Both the position numbers and the translations under genes were made by a program. From an uncultured euryarchaeote (GTDB taxonomy: Archaea > Thermoplasmatota > Poseidoniia > Poseidoniales > Poseidoniaceae), in contig CALBRH010000054.1 of assembly GCA_937899865.1 (NCBI GenBank), forward strand, positions 14,346 to 78,345: DNA of 64,000 nucleotides, in the 5' to 3' direction. The notes beneath the pieces are model-generated. The model was not told the origin of the DNA and ran no database searches. It saw only the letters and a program-made list of their open reading frames with translations. Positions 28,610 through 37,620 of this stretch are shown in pieces; position 1 is the first letter of the stretch; every line of letters starts with the position of its first letter.

Positions 28610-30679
28610 TTGTTAGCAGATTTTGAACAATCAAATATTGATTTAAAATATCTAGTAAATTATGGATATGTGATAAAAGCAATCAAAGGTGATGAACTAT
28701 TTAGCGAGACAAAAATAAGTTCTGATTACATCTCTAAACTTGAAAGCCAATTAACTCTATTTGTCGAATCACAAAAAATTACCAAACCTCTAATTCAGCG
28801 AAGAAATGGTATCATCAAACACCTAAGGAAAATTTTGACAAACAAATTCATCAATTCAAAACTATCCTCTTTTGGCTCCTTCGAGTCAGGGTTAAGCCTA
28901 TCAAACGGTGATATCGATTTATGCTTAGAATTCAATGGAGAGTCCCCAAAGAAGGTTCTGAATAAAATCGCTAGAATGTTAAATCAAGATAGTATGAAAA
29001 ATGTGAAATTAATCACTAATGCCAAAGTCCCAATTGTAAAATTTATTGATAGTCAATCGATGATTCCTGTAGACATATCAGTGAATAACAATTTATCAGT
29101 TTACAATACAGAACTACTTCGAAGATATTGCGATGTCGATCCAAGGGTAAAACCATTCATTCTAGCGATCAAGTATTGGGCTAGAAACAGAGGGATATGT
29201 GAACCAACATCTGGAACATTCTCATCTTATGCATGGACACTAATCGCGATAAATGCGCTGCAAACCATGCAAGAACCAGTAATACCTAACCTATGCACTA
29301 GAGATGGAACTAATGTTGTTGAGATTGATGGTCAAAATTATGATGTCTCTATGCAAGATGTTTCTAATTCTAAATTTATCTCGAAAAATAATGAAACTGT
29401 AGCCGAACTAATAATATCATTTTTCTCGAATTTAGCCACCAATTGGCCATGGGATGATTTTGTTATTTCTGTTCGAGAAGGTGCACTTATTACAAGAAAG
29501 CAGAAAGGTTGGAATCATCAAAAACCCAAAATTAGCAATGCTATACAAGATAAAAAAATAATGCGTCTTGGTAAACACTCCCTTCCTGTAGAAGACCCAT
29601 TTGATGAGATTCATGACTTGAGTATTGTTTTAGATGCTGAAGGAGTGTTTGAAATTAGAGATGAAGTTTTACGTGCATATTCTTTGTTGCATGAATATAA
29701 TAATTGGGAAACGATATGTGAAGTAAAATACCCTGAGTTAATTCCTGAATCACCTCAATTAGACCTTTTTGGCGACCTAAGAAATTTGTCAGAATCTGAA
29801 ATTAAGACGGATTTGGAAAACTTATATTCTCAATTGAATATAGTAGAGAAAAGTGTATCTATTCGTGAAAGTGAGAGAAATGATGCAATAAGAATGTCAA
29901 AGGCTTTGAGAAGAAATGCTGAGTTAGCAAAAGAACAATCTGTACTATCATCTGAATTAAGACCAAGAAGATCGCAAATCGATGAAGCTCAAAGTAAGCG
30001 AGATTCAAGTAACAATAACTACATACCCGTACATTTAATTGAGGATGAGTTACACCGAACATATCACAACTTAACTAAGCAATCTGAAACTGGTATTGAA
30101 TTATCATTTGAAAAAGAGAAGGCCTTATTTTCTTGGTTTTTTGAATTACAAAGCATGCATGAACATGCTAAGATAACAAGAAAACACCATCGAGAATTTT
30201 TGCGATTGGTCAATCAACAAGAAAACGCAATTAATCATATTAAGGACATAAAGCATGAAATCATCGATGTCAAAAATTTAGGGAATTTTAGAGACTTTGA
30301 TGATTTAGCAAAAAGATTGCTTATTGAATTAAATCCTTTGAAGAAAGAACGGCGAAAACTCCGTCGTGAAGTTGGTCGATTAGAAGCATGGCTGAGAAAA
30401 CAAAAACATACACCAAATAAGCAACAACATAAAAATCGAAAATCTCGAACTACGAGAAGAAAAAATGATACGAATGTTAAAGAAATCAAAAATAAAGTTA
30501 TTTCTGGTGATTCCTTTTCCCTGCAAGACCTCGATTTATTACTGAAAAGTGGTGGGCTAAAATCTGTCAATAATCAATCTGATAATAATAAAAAAAGTAA
30601 TAATCAAAAGACCAAGAAAAATAAACCTACTTTGCAACCACATAGAGGGAAAAGAGGCAAATCATCTAAAAATATTTGA
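28610..30679 (+). CDS. Cid1/TUTase-like non-canonical terminal nucleotidyltransferase fused to a coiled-coil domain
   Basis: FGSFESGL...GDIDLC; AKVPIVKF; VDISVNN..SVYNT; IKYWARNRGI; GTFSSYAW; QKGW; VEDPFDEIHDL. Probable TTG start at 28610 after GGAGG; the ORF is open from 28520. Confidence 0.88.
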   Translation: MLADFEQSNIDLKYLVNYGYVIKAIKGDELFSETKISSDYISKLESQLTLFVESQKITKPLIQRRNGIIKHLRKILTNKFINSKLSSFGSFESGLSLSNGDIDLCLEFNGESPKKVLNKIARMLNQDSMKNVKLITNAKVPIVKFIDSQSMIPVDISVNNNLSVYNTELLRRYCDVDPRVKPFILAIKYWARNRGICEPTSGTFSSYAWTLIAINALQTMQEPVIPNLCTRDGTNVVEIDGQNYDVSMQDVSNSKFISKNNETVAELIISFFSNLATNWPWDDFVISVREGALITRKQKGWNHQKPKISNAIQDKKIMRLGKHSLPVEDPFDEIHDLSIVLDAEGVFEIRDEVLRAYSLLHEYNNWETICEVKYPELIPESPQLDLFGDLRNLSESEIKTDLENLYSQLNIVEKSVSIRESERNDAIRMSKALRRNAELAKEQSVLSSELRPRRSQIDEAQSKRDSSNNNYIPVHLIEDELHRTYHNLTKQSETGIELSFEKEKALFSWFFELQSMHEHAKITRKHHREFLRLVNQQENAINHIKDIKHEIIDVKNLGNFRDFDDLAKRLLIELNPLKKERRKLRREVGRLEAWLRKQKHTPNKQQHKNRKSRTTRRKNDTNVKEIKNKVISGDSFSLQDLDLLLKSGGLKSVNNQSDNNKKSNNQKTKKNKPTLQPHRGKRGKSSKNI

Positions 30680-30691
30680 AGAGGTGATTAA

Positions 30692-31168
30692 ATTTCCAAC
30701 CTCCAGTGGATTTTAGGGCCAAAGCCAGAAGAAATGCCAAAAAGCTGGCAATCAAAAATTACTGAATTATTCATATCTGAAACTGGTGAAAGTTATACAG
30801 AAAATACATTTAGAATGCTAAGTATACCCGAATGGTTTGGAAATAAAATCCTCATAGACACTAGTCTCTATCCACTGCCAGAATCACTAATGGGAGTAAT
30901 GTGGTCTAAGCCTTTATTGGAAAATCGGATTCGTATAGTAGCTTTAGTCATCGATAAAAAAGTCCAAAATAATTCTCATGGGACAATGATACTTGATGAT
31001 ATAATTGGACACTCAAAATCTGAAGGTAAAATAATGATTCAGTTAGAAGTTCGTAAATCAAATATTAAGGCTCAAAAATTCTATTCTCGTCACGGCTTGA
31101 AAATAGAAAAGACACTTAAAAATTATTATTCAAACGAAGATGGATTTCTTATGGTAGGAAATCTTTGA
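30692..31168 (+). CDS. GNAT acetyltransferase (RimI/Ard1-like)
   Basis: LEVRKSNIKAQKFYSRHG...NYYSNEDGFLM. First ATG is 30734; a possible ATT start lies at 30692 after GAGGTGA. Confidence 0.85.
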   Translation: MSNLQWILGPKPEEMPKSWQSKITELFISETGESYTENTFRMLSIPEWFGNKILIDTSLYPLPESLMGVMWSKPLLENRIRIVALVIDKKVQNNSHGTMILDDIIGHSKSEGKIMIQLEVRKSNIKAQKFYSRHGLKIEKTLKNYYSNEDGFLMVGNL

Positions 31169-31208
31169 TTGTGACTAAAAATTATACACCCAACCGATAT
31201 GACAAAGC

Positions 31209-31541
31209 ATGGAAGAGTTTGTAGTCTCCGACTTAATTGATTCAAGTTACATCCTCAGTGCTGCAATACTTGATGATCAAGGATTCGTTATCTCTTCAAA
31301 GCCTAATGATAGTAAAACCAAAGAGCAACTATCGAAGTTTGCTGAAATACTCTACTCATCTGAAGATTATGACCAGACATCAATAATTACTGAAGAACGA
31401 ATTATAATTATTCACAAATTGGTAAAAGATTTCACATTAGTCGTAGGATGTGAGACAAATTCTAATTTAGGATTGTTAAGGAATGAAATTTCTAGCGCAG
31501 TATCTCGATTAAACACTTACTTCGATTCAACATCTCGTTAA
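31209..31541 (+). CDS. Roadblock/LC7-like protein
   Basis: SAAILDDQGFVISS ... LVVGCETNSNLGLLRNEI pattern typical of the roadblock fold. Confidence 0.65.
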   Translation: MEEFVVSDLIDSSYILSAAILDDQGFVISSKPNDSKTKEQLSKFAEILYSSEDYDQTSIITEERIIIIHKLVKDFTLVVGCETNSNLGLLRNEISSAVSRLNTYFDSTSR

Positions 31542-31646
31542 TCGATGGATTCATCCAAACAATTGATGATATCAAGCATTAAATGGGGGATACAGTTCGC
31601 CATAACAGTGTAAGGTGGGAATCTTGCACGCAAGGTGAGTATTGTA

Positions 31647-32516
31647 ATGAGCGAAATTAATCAAGTTCTTGAGCAAAAAAAGAATATGGTAAATGAAAAA
31701 GCAACTAAATTCCGTGAGACACGAGACGAGTGGAACAAGAAATCCAAAACTCATTCTGCAGCAAGAAATGAATTAAATGCTGAAGTCAAAGAACTGATCG
31801 TTCAAGTTAGAGAGCAGAGAGAAATTAGAGAACAAATGAATGAAATGGTTCGTGAAAAGAAAGTTATTCGTCAAGAAGCAAATAAGAAAGTCAAAGAAAT
31901 TAAATCTCGTATGGATTCATCAAGAGGCCCTGTAGAGCAAGATAATTCACGCGGTAAACGTGGCCAGAGACCTATTACTTCTCATCAACTCAGAAAAGAA
32001 CTTGAAAGATTGGAAAGAGAATTCGAACAAGGTAGACACACCGGTAAGAATGAAAAGAAAGTTATGAAAAGAATGAAGGAAATAAGTTCCAAACTAAAAC
32101 AAATGACTTCTATTGATGATAGTAATGAAGACATGAAAGGTCTTCGAGAAGAATTAAAAATTGCTCTTGCAGAACAAGAGGATGCTCATGAAGAAGTACA
32201 AACTGCTGCAAATGCTGCTCAAGAAGCACATGAATTAATGCTACAGTGGAACAAAGAAGTTGACAAGCAACGAGAAAAGGCGGAATCATGCCATAGAGAG
32301 TTACGCAAATCCAAGAAAGAAGCTGACAAAGCACATCACTTGTACATTGTATCTTTACGCTGCTTGCACTCAATACAAGACATGTCCGCTGCAATGTCTG
32401 GTAATGATGTAGAAGAAGGCGGTTCTAAGGCAAGAGTTGAGGTACAAGATTTGATGACTAAATTGATGTCTGGAGATACTCTTTCTACTGAAGAATTGAT
32501 GCAATTGCAAAAATAG
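31647..32516 (+). CDS. Archaeal coiled-coil protein (COG1340-like)
   Basis: RDEWN..ARNELN; LERLEREFEQGRHTGKNEKKVMKRMKE; QEDAHEEV..AQEAHE..ADKAH; terminal KLMSGDTLSTEELMQLQK. Confidence 0.8.
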   Translation: MSEINQVLEQKKNMVNEKATKFRETRDEWNKKSKTHSAARNELNAEVKELIVQVREQREIREQMNEMVREKKVIRQEANKKVKEIKSRMDSSRGPVEQDNSRGKRGQRPITSHQLRKELERLEREFEQGRHTGKNEKKVMKRMKEISSKLKQMTSIDDSNEDMKGLREELKIALAEQEDAHEEVQTAANAAQEAHELMLQWNKEVDKQREKAESCHRELRKSKKEADKAHHLYIVSLRCLHSIQDMSAAMSGNDVEEGGSKARVEVQDLMTKLMSGDTLSTEELMQLQK

Positions 32517-32563
32517 AATAATGTCAAAAACAAAATACCGAGTCAACTAATCGATGAAGAGGC

Positions 32564-33727
32564 ATGACCATGATACAGAAGGACGATATTGCCCAAATCG
32601 TCGAAGAATATGACCAATTGAAATTAAGAATTGGCATGACTGCTTCGCATTCAGCATTGGATATATGTGATGGAGCAATAGAAGAAGGATTTCCTACCGT
32701 TGCATATTGTAAGGAAGGTAGACACAAAACATACGCCAATTATTTCAAGGCACATCGTACAAATTCTGGAAGAGTTAAACGAGGCATGGTAGATAAAACA
32801 ATTATTATGGAATCGTTTAATGATGTTATGAAAGAATCGATGCAAGTAGAAATGAGAAAGAGAAATGTAGTATACATACCTAATCGTTCATTTACTTCTT
32901 ATTCAACAATAGATGATGTAGAAAATAATTTCCATGTTCCATTGTTTGGCTCAAGAAATATGCTTCGTATGGAAGAGCGCACTGAGGAACAAGATTATTA
33001 TTGGATTCTAGAAAAAGCAGGATTACCATTTCCTGAAGCAATACAAAATCCTGAGGATATTGATTGTCTAGTAATCGTAAAACTGCATCATGCACAGAAA
33101 AAATTAGAACGTGGTTTCTTCACATGTGCATCTTATCAAGAATATACTGAGAAGTCTCAAGCGTTATTGAAAAACGGTGTTATTGATCAAGCATCACTAG
33201 ATGGGGCAAGAATAGAAAAATACGTCATTGGACCAGTATTTAACTTAAATTTCTTTTACAGTCCATTAGCAGAACAAGGAGAAAAATTAGAATTGCTTGG
33301 GGTCGATTGGCGATTTGAATCTTCATTAGATGGTCATGTAAGATTACCTGCTCCACAACAAATGACTATGCCATTGCATCAGCAAATTCCTGAGATGACT
33401 GTTGTAGGCCACAATACAGCTACAATTAGAGAATCTTTGCTGGAAAAAGCATTCGAACTAGGCGAGAAATTCATCAAGGCTAGTAAAGAGCATTACGACC
33501 CAGGTATTATCGGGCCATTCTGCTTGCAAACTTGTATTGACAAAGACATGAATTACTACATTTATGATGTTGCACCTAGATTGGGCGGGGGCACAAATGT
33601 ACATGTCAATGTTGGCCATCCTTATGGCAATGCTACTTGGAGAAAGCCTATGTCAAGTGGCAGAAGAATTGCTATGGAACTACGTATGGCAGCTGAGCAA
33701 GATAGACTTCTAGAAGTACTAACCTGA
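32564..33727 (+). CDS. purP: Formate--phosphoribosylaminoimidazolecarboxamide ligase family (ATP-grasp)
   Basis: ASHSALDICDGA, IPNRSF, FGSRNMLR, TIRESLL, IIGPFCLQ, APRLGGGTN, SSGRRIAME. Confidence 0.88.
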   Translation: MTMIQKDDIAQIVEEYDQLKLRIGMTASHSALDICDGAIEEGFPTVAYCKEGRHKTYANYFKAHRTNSGRVKRGMVDKTIIMESFNDVMKESMQVEMRKRNVVYIPNRSFTSYSTIDDVENNFHVPLFGSRNMLRMEERTEEQDYYWILEKAGLPFPEAIQNPEDIDCLVIVKLHHAQKKLERGFFTCASYQEYTEKSQALLKNGVIDQASLDGARIEKYVIGPVFNLNFFYSPLAEQGEKLELLGVDWRFESSLDGHVRLPAPQQMTMPLHQQIPEMTVVGHNTATIRESLLEKAFELGEKFIKASKEHYDPGIIGPFCLQTCIDKDMNYYIYDVAPRLGGGTNVHVNVGHPYGNATWRKPMSSGRRIAMELRMAAEQDRLLEVLT

Positions 33728-33759
33728 TAACTTAATTGTTTGTTATCAATTCTTTTCTA

Positions 33760-36700
33760 CTAACCCATAAATCCAGGGAAATACTGCTGTGTATATGCTA
33801 CAGCGTGTTCATGTGGATAGCCTTGGTTGACTAGATTTTGGTAATACTCTCTCGCTGGATCTGCTTGAGCTACTGGTTGCTGAGGATAACTTTGGTTTTG
33901 TGCAACAGCAGCATAATTATGTTGTTGTACTGGTTGTTGTTGAACCATTGGATAGTTTTGCTGACCCATTTGATTCATCTGCATTGTATTGTATTGCTTA
34001 TTGGAGTTTCGACCTCGCAAGAAAAATAGAGAACCAATTATTATCAAAATTAGAACTCCGCCACCAGCAATTGCAATTGTCCCAAATGACGAACCATCTG
34101 CACTTGGAGGTGGACCCCATCTTGTTGGATCATCTGGATAACCATCTGCACCATCAGAGTAACCCCAATTATCATCTTTGTTTGAATGTCCATCACCATC
34201 ACTATCATAGCAACCAAATCGGTCAACTGTTGAATTTCCAATAACACTTGAACAGGCATCAGCACCCATCGAAATGTTCCAATTTGCGGTTGGATCAGAA
34301 TATCCATCAGAATCAAAATCAGAGCATCCCAATCTATCAATTGTTGAATCACCTGCAACATCTATACAATCATCTGATATTGGAGTTCCAGGATTATCTC
34401 CATATCCATCGCCATCGGAATCCGCCCATTGTGAAGAATCATTGGGAAATACATCTCCACCACTATATTTAGTCCAAAATTCATCAATATTTGAATAACC
34501 ATCTCCATCAGAGTCAATGCAACCATTTCGATCTTGATTTGAATTACCTGCAATATTTGGACAATAATCGCCATTGAATCCGTCCAAATTATCCCCAAAA
34601 CCATCGCCATCAGAATCTAACCATTGGCTAGCTTCTTGAACAAAACCATCCATATTATCATACCAGCCATCACCATCAAAGTCTGGACAACCGTAAACAC
34701 CTTGCTGATTTGATGAACCTGCTTGGAATGGACATGCATCCTGCTCATTGAGATTAATTGACTCAACATATTCTCCTGGCCAATTTTCCGGCCTATCTAA
34801 CCATGTCGAATTCCCCCAATTATCACCTAATCCATCGCCATCAAAATCTGACCACTGAAGGGGATTTTGTGGGAATGCATCAGCACCATTTCCTGAATCC
34901 CAAAAATTATCGGGATCGGAATATCCATCCTCATCATAGTCATAACATCCTTGTCTATCAAATATCGAATCTCCTGATGTGTCAATACAATCATCTGCAT
35001 TAACGCCTTCTTGATTATCACCAAAACCATCTCCATCCGAATCTAACCATTGTGATGGTTCGAAATCGAATGCGTCATCGACATTTGCCCAGCCATCACC
35101 ATCATTATCTAAACATCCAATTTTCCCATTAGCAGATGAATTACCGAATTGTAAAGGGCATGTATCGGTATCATCAGACCAAGTATCTCCATCTGAATCA
35201 GCACATCCTTGTTCACCTTGAGTTGAAGTCCCGTAATAGGTTGGACAGTCATCAAATGAATCATCAAATGCATCGCCATCATCATTCAAGTCTTCATCAC
35301 TATCTCGGCAACCATCACCATCCATATCTGTAATAGAATCTGAAATCCATGTTGGTCTTGGTGGATTATAGGATGTTCTTGGACAATTGTCATTCACATC
35401 AAGGATACCATCATTATCATCATCATTATCTTCCGGATGATTATCCTTACATCCATCATTATCCCAATCAGTTGAATTAGATGGATTATTGAAATCTCTT
35501 GTACTAGTCCATCCAGTTTGACTATTTCGAGGGCAATTGTCTGGAAAGTTGTCTGTGATTCCATCGTTGTCATCATCAGAATCACATGCATCCCCTTCAG
35601 AATCTAAATCAGTATTCTCTTGACCAGGATTTGGAGTATTTGGACAGTTATCATCTTCATCAGCAACACCGTCACTATCAGCATCTAATACAGCAATAGT
35701 TGTTGTTAGCCAAATATAAGGTACCAAAACTGATGTGCTTTGACTTGGAGCGTTTGAACTTCCAAAATCAATAGTGCTATTGTAATTACCTGCTACCAAT
35801 AATGCCCCATTAGGCATCAATGCAATGTCAGAAAGTTGATCATTTGTTGAACTACCAGCATCAAATAATGCAACTTCATTACCATTTGAATTAAATGTTA
35901 CAACTACCGAATCATTGAATCCCCGAGTAGAAAATGATTGACTACCGAATGACAGAGAGCTTTGAGATGAAAGCCCAAGTATAGTGTACCCTGTTGCTTC
36001 ATCATATTGAACAGCAGAACCAGTATCATAACTTGAACCTCCTACTGATTTGGCCCATTGCCAAGCACCATTAGAACTCATACTTGCAACAAATGCATCA
36101 TCTTCTCCTGCACTATTCAATTGGGTGCCAATTGTAACACTACCCGAAAATGAACCAGACATGTACAAATTGTTTTGACTATCTACATCAATACCGGTAA
36201 CCAATGAATTACCACTTCCAGATGTTGCATATGCTGATTGCCAGATGCCCGATGAACTAATTTTGGCTAGGCCAATTGGAACTTCGTTTATCCCTGCATT
36301 AGCAGTTACACTACCAAATGTCATACTGACCTCAAAAGTAGTGGAAATCCAAACATTGTTACTATTATCTGCAACCATACTATTGACTACCTGAAAACCT
36401 TGACCTCTAGCATCATCAATCCATTCACTGAAACCTGAATTGGAATATTTGGCAACAAATATTTCTGCATCATTCAAATCTAATTGATTACCATTTATTC
36501 CATCACCACTATTACCTGCATCTGTATTGCCAAGGAAAAAGCCACCTATAGTTACTGCATTATTTGAATCTGTAGTGATTGAAGTACTTTGAATCCAATC
36601 AATAGAAGTAACTAATGTCCCATCATAATCACCATTACCCCGTAAAGCCTCAGCCCAGACCCATTGGCCATTAGATGAGAGTTTTGCTACCCATGTGTCA

Positions 36701-37212
36701 AAATACCCAGTAGATGTTAAGGAAATACTGCCAAATGAAATTGACTCATAGAATCTACCTGTTGCAAAAATATCGCCATTAGGTGCGACTGAAATATCAG
36801 CAATATCTACCTCGGCAAAACTTGAAGTCCCGGTAACCGTAACTTTTTGTATCCATTGCCAATTTCCATTAGCATCGCCTTTTGCTATCCATGGTTCTAT
36901 ATTTTGACTTGAAGTAATACTCTGTGATCCCAAAGACATTGTTGTTGAACCACTCATTATTCCAGCAACTATAACTTCATTGTTATTTGAACTTTCAACT
37001 GAGGTTAATACAACAGGGTTTGCAGCACTAACCGAAGAAGACCAATCATTGGAGTTTTTTGATACAAAATAATCGATTGATGAATTACTATCATCGAGTA
37101 TTGAAGATTCTTCTAAGTCTCTATTGTCCATTACTGAGTGAAAACTCATTGTTAAAAGAGTAAAAATCGTAAGAATAATTGCCACTGAATTAATCAATTT
37201 CGTAGTACTCAT
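33760..37212 (-). CDS. Large surface protein: beta-propeller repeats, thrombospondin type-3 repeats, TM anchor
   Basis: N-terminal signal; repeated D.(F/W)VAK.SS.G.W.W blades; many D.DGDG..D..D.CP repeats; TM helix and Gln-rich tail. Confidence 0.85.
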   Translation of the reverse strand: MSTTKLINSVAIILTIFTLLTMSFHSVMDNRDLEESSILDDSNSSIDYFVSKNSNDWSSSVSAANPVVLTSVESSNNNEVIVAGIMSGSTTMSLGSQSITSSQNIEPWIAKGDANGNWQWIQKVTVTGTSSFAEVDIADISVAPNGDIFATGRFYESISFGSISLTSTGYFDTWVAKLSSNGQWVWAEALRGNGDYDGTLVTSIDWIQSTSITTDSNNAVTIGGFFLGNTDAGNSGDGINGNQLDLNDAEIFVAKYSNSGFSEWIDDARGQGFQVVNSMVADNSNNVWISTTFEVSMTFGSVTANAGINEVPIGLAKISSSGIWQSAYATSGSGNSLVTGIDVDSQNNLYMSGSFSGSVTIGTQLNSAGEDDAFVASMSSNGAWQWAKSVGGSSYDTGSAVQYDEATGYTILGLSSQSSLSFGSQSFSTRGFNDSVVVTFNSNGNEVALFDAGSSTNDQLSDIALMPNGALLVAGNYNSTIDFGSSNAPSQSTSVLVPYIWLTTTIAVLDADSDGVADEDDNCPNTPNPGQENTDLDSEGDACDSDDDNDGITDNFPDNCPRNSQTGWTSTRDFNNPSNSTDWDNDGCKDNHPEDNDDDNDGILDVNDNCPRTSYNPPRPTWISDSITDMDGDGCRDSDEDLNDDGDAFDDSFDDCPTYYGTSTQGEQGCADSDGDTWSDDTDTCPLQFGNSSANGKIGCLDNDGDGWANVDDAFDFEPSQWLDSDGDGFGDNQEGVNADDCIDTSGDSIFDRQGCYDYDEDGYSDPDNFWDSGNGADAFPQNPLQWSDFDGDGLGDNWGNSTWLDRPENWPGEYVESINLNEQDACPFQAGSSNQQGVYGCPDFDGDGWYDNMDGFVQEASQWLDSDGDGFGDNLDGFNGDYCPNIAGNSNQDRNGCIDSDGDGYSNIDEFWTKYSGGDVFPNDSSQWADSDGDGYGDNPGTPISDDCIDVAGDSTIDRLGCSDFDSDGYSDPTANWNISMGADACSSVIGNSTVDRFGCYDSDGDGHSNKDDNWGYSDGADGYPDDPTRWGPPPSADGSSFGTIAIAGGGVLILIIIGSLFFLRGRNSNKQYNTMQMNQMGQQNYPMVQQQPVQQHNYAAVAQNQSYPQQPVAQADPAREYYQNLVNQGYPHEHAVAYTQQYFPGFMG
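34120..35685 (-). repeat. Thrombospondin type-3 (Ca-binding) coding repeats
   Basis: Recurrent DSDGDG / QWxDSDGDGFGDN / DRxGCxDxDGDGYS units, seen on the + strand as repeated ccatcgccatc / catcaccatc. Confidence 0.8.
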
Positions 37213-37275
37213 GACTCAGACCGTGTAGATGTAGTCATAGGAAGGAAATGAAACCTTCCCACGATTGATAGTTTA

Positions 37276-37575
37276 TCACTCAATGTTTGAGTCGAGTGAT
37301 AAAATTTCGCTATCTCCGCCTTCTATAACGGTAATAGTTGATACTGCAAATGGCTTTCCACATGCAATACCAAGTTCACGATTGACCAATATTGCTCTGT
37401 GTTTAATTACACTAGGATGGTTTCCGTGCAAATTATCAATATATTCCTGAGGGCAATTCGCTGCAAGGATGACTAGTTTCGCCTCCCCTGAAGCACATGC
37501 ATCCAGTGCTTGTCTTTGTCCAAATAACAGTTTTCCTGTTGATATTGCTGTCTTTAATTGTCTACTCAAATCCAT
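37276..37575 (-). CDS. rpl30e: 50S ribosomal protein L30e
   Basis: TGKLLFG, AKLVILAANCP, ELGIACGKPFAVS; follows rpoA2; GGAGG before ATG 37575. Confidence 0.95.
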   Translation of the reverse strand: MDLSRQLKTAISTGKLLFGQRQALDACASGEAKLVILAANCPQEYIDNLHGNHPSVIKHRAILVNRELGIACGKPFAVSTITVIEGGDSEILSLDSNIE

Positions 37576-37620
37576 ATTTTTTTCCTCCATACTCCACATT
37601 GTTTCTCATGGTTGGAATAA

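Noticed and set aside
28610-30679. CBASS CD-NTase, CCA-adding enzyme or toxin MNT as the identity of the nucleotidyltransferase
   Set aside because: The WA..RGI/GxxSSY and EDPF..H motifs are Cid1/Trf4-type, and no Cap effector or HEPN partner gene is adjacent. A formal HMM search is still needed.
34120-35685. CRISPR-like or tandem DNA repeats
   Set aside because: The repeats are degenerate, in frame and explained by thrombospondin type-3 coding units; there are no identical repeats with spacers.
37240-37259. GGAAGG/CCTTCC hairpin after rpl30e as a terminator
   Set aside because: Only a 6-bp stem with no following U-tract; could be chance.
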